Part shown: positions 15,323 to 16,660 of the stretch, one piece after another
How the letters are laid out: every line of letters starts with the position of its first letter
Numbering within the stretch: position 1 is the stretch's first letter
From: Candidatus Methylomirabilia bacterium
GTDB lineage: Bacteria; Methylomirabilota; Methylomirabilia; Rokubacteriales; CSP1-6
DNA length: 16,660 nucleotides
Direction: 5' to 3'
Assembly (NCBI GenBank): GCA_041497895.1
Contig: JBGQHJ010000111.1
Coordinates: 1-16,660, forward strand
Program-made: the position numbers and the translations under genes
The notes under the pieces: generated by a model
What the model was told of the DNA's origin: nothing
The model's input: only the letters and a program-made list of their open reading frames with translations
Database searches by the model: none

Positions 15323-16413
15323 TTGAACACGACCACGCCGCGGGCGACCTGCCCGGTCCGCAGCGCGGTGAAGCCCTCGTTGATCTGGTCGAGCGAGTAG
15401 GTGCGGCTGACCAGCTCGTCGATCTTGAGCCGGCCGTCGAGGTAGAGATCCACCAGCTTCGGGAAGTCGATGTTCGGGCGGACCGAGCCGTACATCGTGC
15501 CCTTGATCGCCTTCTCCTGCAGCGCCATGTTGTAGGGCGTGATCGGCGCGCGCACGTTGAGCGCGGCCATGCCCACGATCACCGCGGTGCCGCCCGGCCG
15601 GATCGCGTCGATGATCTGGAGCGTGGTCGCCTCGCCGCCGATCGCGTCGAAGGCGTAGTCCACCCCGCGCCCCTGGGTCAGCTCGCGCACGCGGTCCACC
15701 ACGTTGTCGCTCTTGGCGTTGATGGTGTGGGTCGCGCCGAAGTCCTTGGCGTAGGCGAGCTTGCTGTCGAGCAGGTCGGCGGCCGCGATGATGCCGGCCC
15801 CGGCGAGCTTCGCGCCCTGCACCACGTTGAGCCCCACGCCGCCGCAGCCGATGACGAGCACGGACGCGCCCGCCTCCACCCGAGCGCAGCGGGTAACCGC
15901 GCCGACGCCGGTGGGCACGCAGCAGCCCATCAGCGCGGCCTGGGGCCACGGCATCTCCTTGCGGATGGGCACCAGCATCTCGGCCGGGCACACCACCTTC
16001 TCGGAGAAGGTGCCGATGCGCGCCATCTGGAAGATGTCCTGCCCGTCGCGCTTCAGGCGGTACGTCCCGTCGAGCATGCCCCAGCGCGGCGAGGCGTGGC
16101 CGTCGCACAGGATCGAGCGGCCCATCGAGCAGTAGAGGCAGCGCCCGCACTGGGGCCGGAACGAGAAGATGATGTGGTCGCCGGGCTTCACGTTGGTGAC
16201 GCCCGCGCCGACCTCCTCGACGATGCCCGCCGCCTCGTGGCCGAGCACCATAGGCAGCGGGGGCGTCCAGTCTCCGTTCATGATGTGCCAGTCGCTGTGG
16301 CAGATGCCGGCGGCCTTGACCTTGACCCGGGCTTCGCCGGCCCTGGGGCCCTCCTGCACGAGATCGACGACTTCGAGCGGCGTATTGGCCTTGTAGAGGA
16401 CGGCGGCTTTCAC
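15319..16413 (-). CDS. Zinc-dependent alcohol dehydrogenase (class III/FDH-like MDR)
   Basis: CHSD, GHE, structural CGRCLYC..C, GCCVPTG, Rossmann GCGGVG. Confidence 0.95.
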   Translation of the reverse strand: MKAAVLYKANTPLEVVDLVQEGPRAGEARVKVKAAGICHSDWHIMNGDWTPPLPMVLGHEAAGIVEEVGAGVTNVKPGDHIIFSFRPQCGRCLYCSMGRSILCDGHASPRWGMLDGTYRLKRDGQDIFQMARIGTFSEKVVCPAEMLVPIRKEMPWPQAALMGCCVPTGVGAVTRCARVEAGASVLVIGCGGVGLNVVQGAKLAGAGIIAAADLLDSKLAYAKDFGATHTINAKSDNVVDRVRELTQGRGVDYAFDAIGGEATTLQIIDAIRPGGTAVIVGMAALNVRAPITPYNMALQEKAIKGTMYGSVRPNIDFPKLVDLYLDGRLKIDELVSRTYSLDQINEGFTALRTGQVARGVVVFN

Positions 16414-16430
16414 GGCAGTCTCCGTATTCC

Positions 16431-16465
16431 CCCTCTCCCCTCAGGGGAGAGGGCAGGGTGAGGGG
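16431..16465. repeat. BoxC/REP-like palindromic intergenic repeat
   Basis: CCCTCTCCCC-TCA-GGGGAGAGGG hairpin followed by CAGGGTGAGGGG, the widespread CCCTCTCCC...GGGAGAGGG..GGGTGAGGG element. Confidence 0.8.
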
Positions 16466-16484
16466 TGGTGAACAGGCGCGGCCG

Positions 16485-16526
16485 ATGATGCGGCGGCGCG
16501 CGGGCCCCTGTCAAGCGCGGTATCAT
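16485..16526. promoter_or_regulatory. Divergent promoter elements for the ADH gene and the rightward gene
   Basis: Minus strand: TTGACA(16514-16509)-N18-CATCAT. Plus strand: TATCAT at 16521-16526. Confidence 0.5.
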
Positions 16527-16535
16527 CGATCCGCA

Positions 16536-16573
16536 ATGAAGGGGACCCGCATGAGGGGACCGGCATGAAGGGG
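16536..16573 (+). repeat. Triple ATGA(A)GGGG direct repeat at a gene start
   Basis: ATGAAGGGGACCCGC / ATGAGGGGACCGGC / ATGAAGGGG. Confidence 0.85.
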
Positions 16574-16660
16574 TTCCGCGGCTCGCACGTGATCTTCCTC
16601 CTCTCCACGTGGGCGGTGGTGTCGTTCCTCGCCCTCCTGGTGGTGGGGCTCGCGTGGACC
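16565..16660 (+). CDS. N-terminus of a membrane-anchored protein (runs off the window)
   Basis: MKGFRGSHVIFLLSTWAVVSFLALLVVGLAWT: open frame, hydrophobic helix, GAGGGG RBS upstream. Confidence 0.65.
   Translation, partial: MKGFRGSHVIFLLSTWAVVSFLALLVVGLAWT

Noticed and set aside
3154..16150. Apparent long fusion ORFs (537, 507, 553 and 582 aa) extending the TPR, DUF72, P450 and M28 genes
   Set aside because: The extensions are out-of-frame read-through of the upstream gene. The real starts overlap the upstream stops.

Overview
Very GC-rich bacterial chromosomal window with about 20 genes. The host may be Rokubacteria/Methylomirabilota-like, but that is a guess from GC content and gene style only. 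From left to right: the end of a Dpp/Opp ABC permease; a small partner protein plus an amidase-signature enzyme; a secreted heptad-repeat protein behind a clear sigma54/IHF/UAS promoter; a non-homologous end-joining locus (MerR-HTH/TPR protein translationally coupled to Ku, divergent PE-LIG-POL LigD, convergently overlapping DUF72); a TrmH methyltransferase; an isochorismatase remnant; a small AT-hook + Zn-ribbon protein behind a second sigma54 promoter; ABM, YciH/SUI1 and an enolase-superfamily enzyme; an ArsR / rearranged-DinB / atypical-P450 module with a palindromic operator; an M28 peptidase, a Zn alcohol dehydrogenase, a BoxC/REP-like repeat and the start of a membrane protein. No mobile element, CRISPR array or RNA gene was seen. 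The best novelty candidates are the Ku-coupled MerR-TPR protein (possible extra NHEJ factor), the sigma54-driven AT-hook/Zn-ribbon protein, and the DinB-P450 module.
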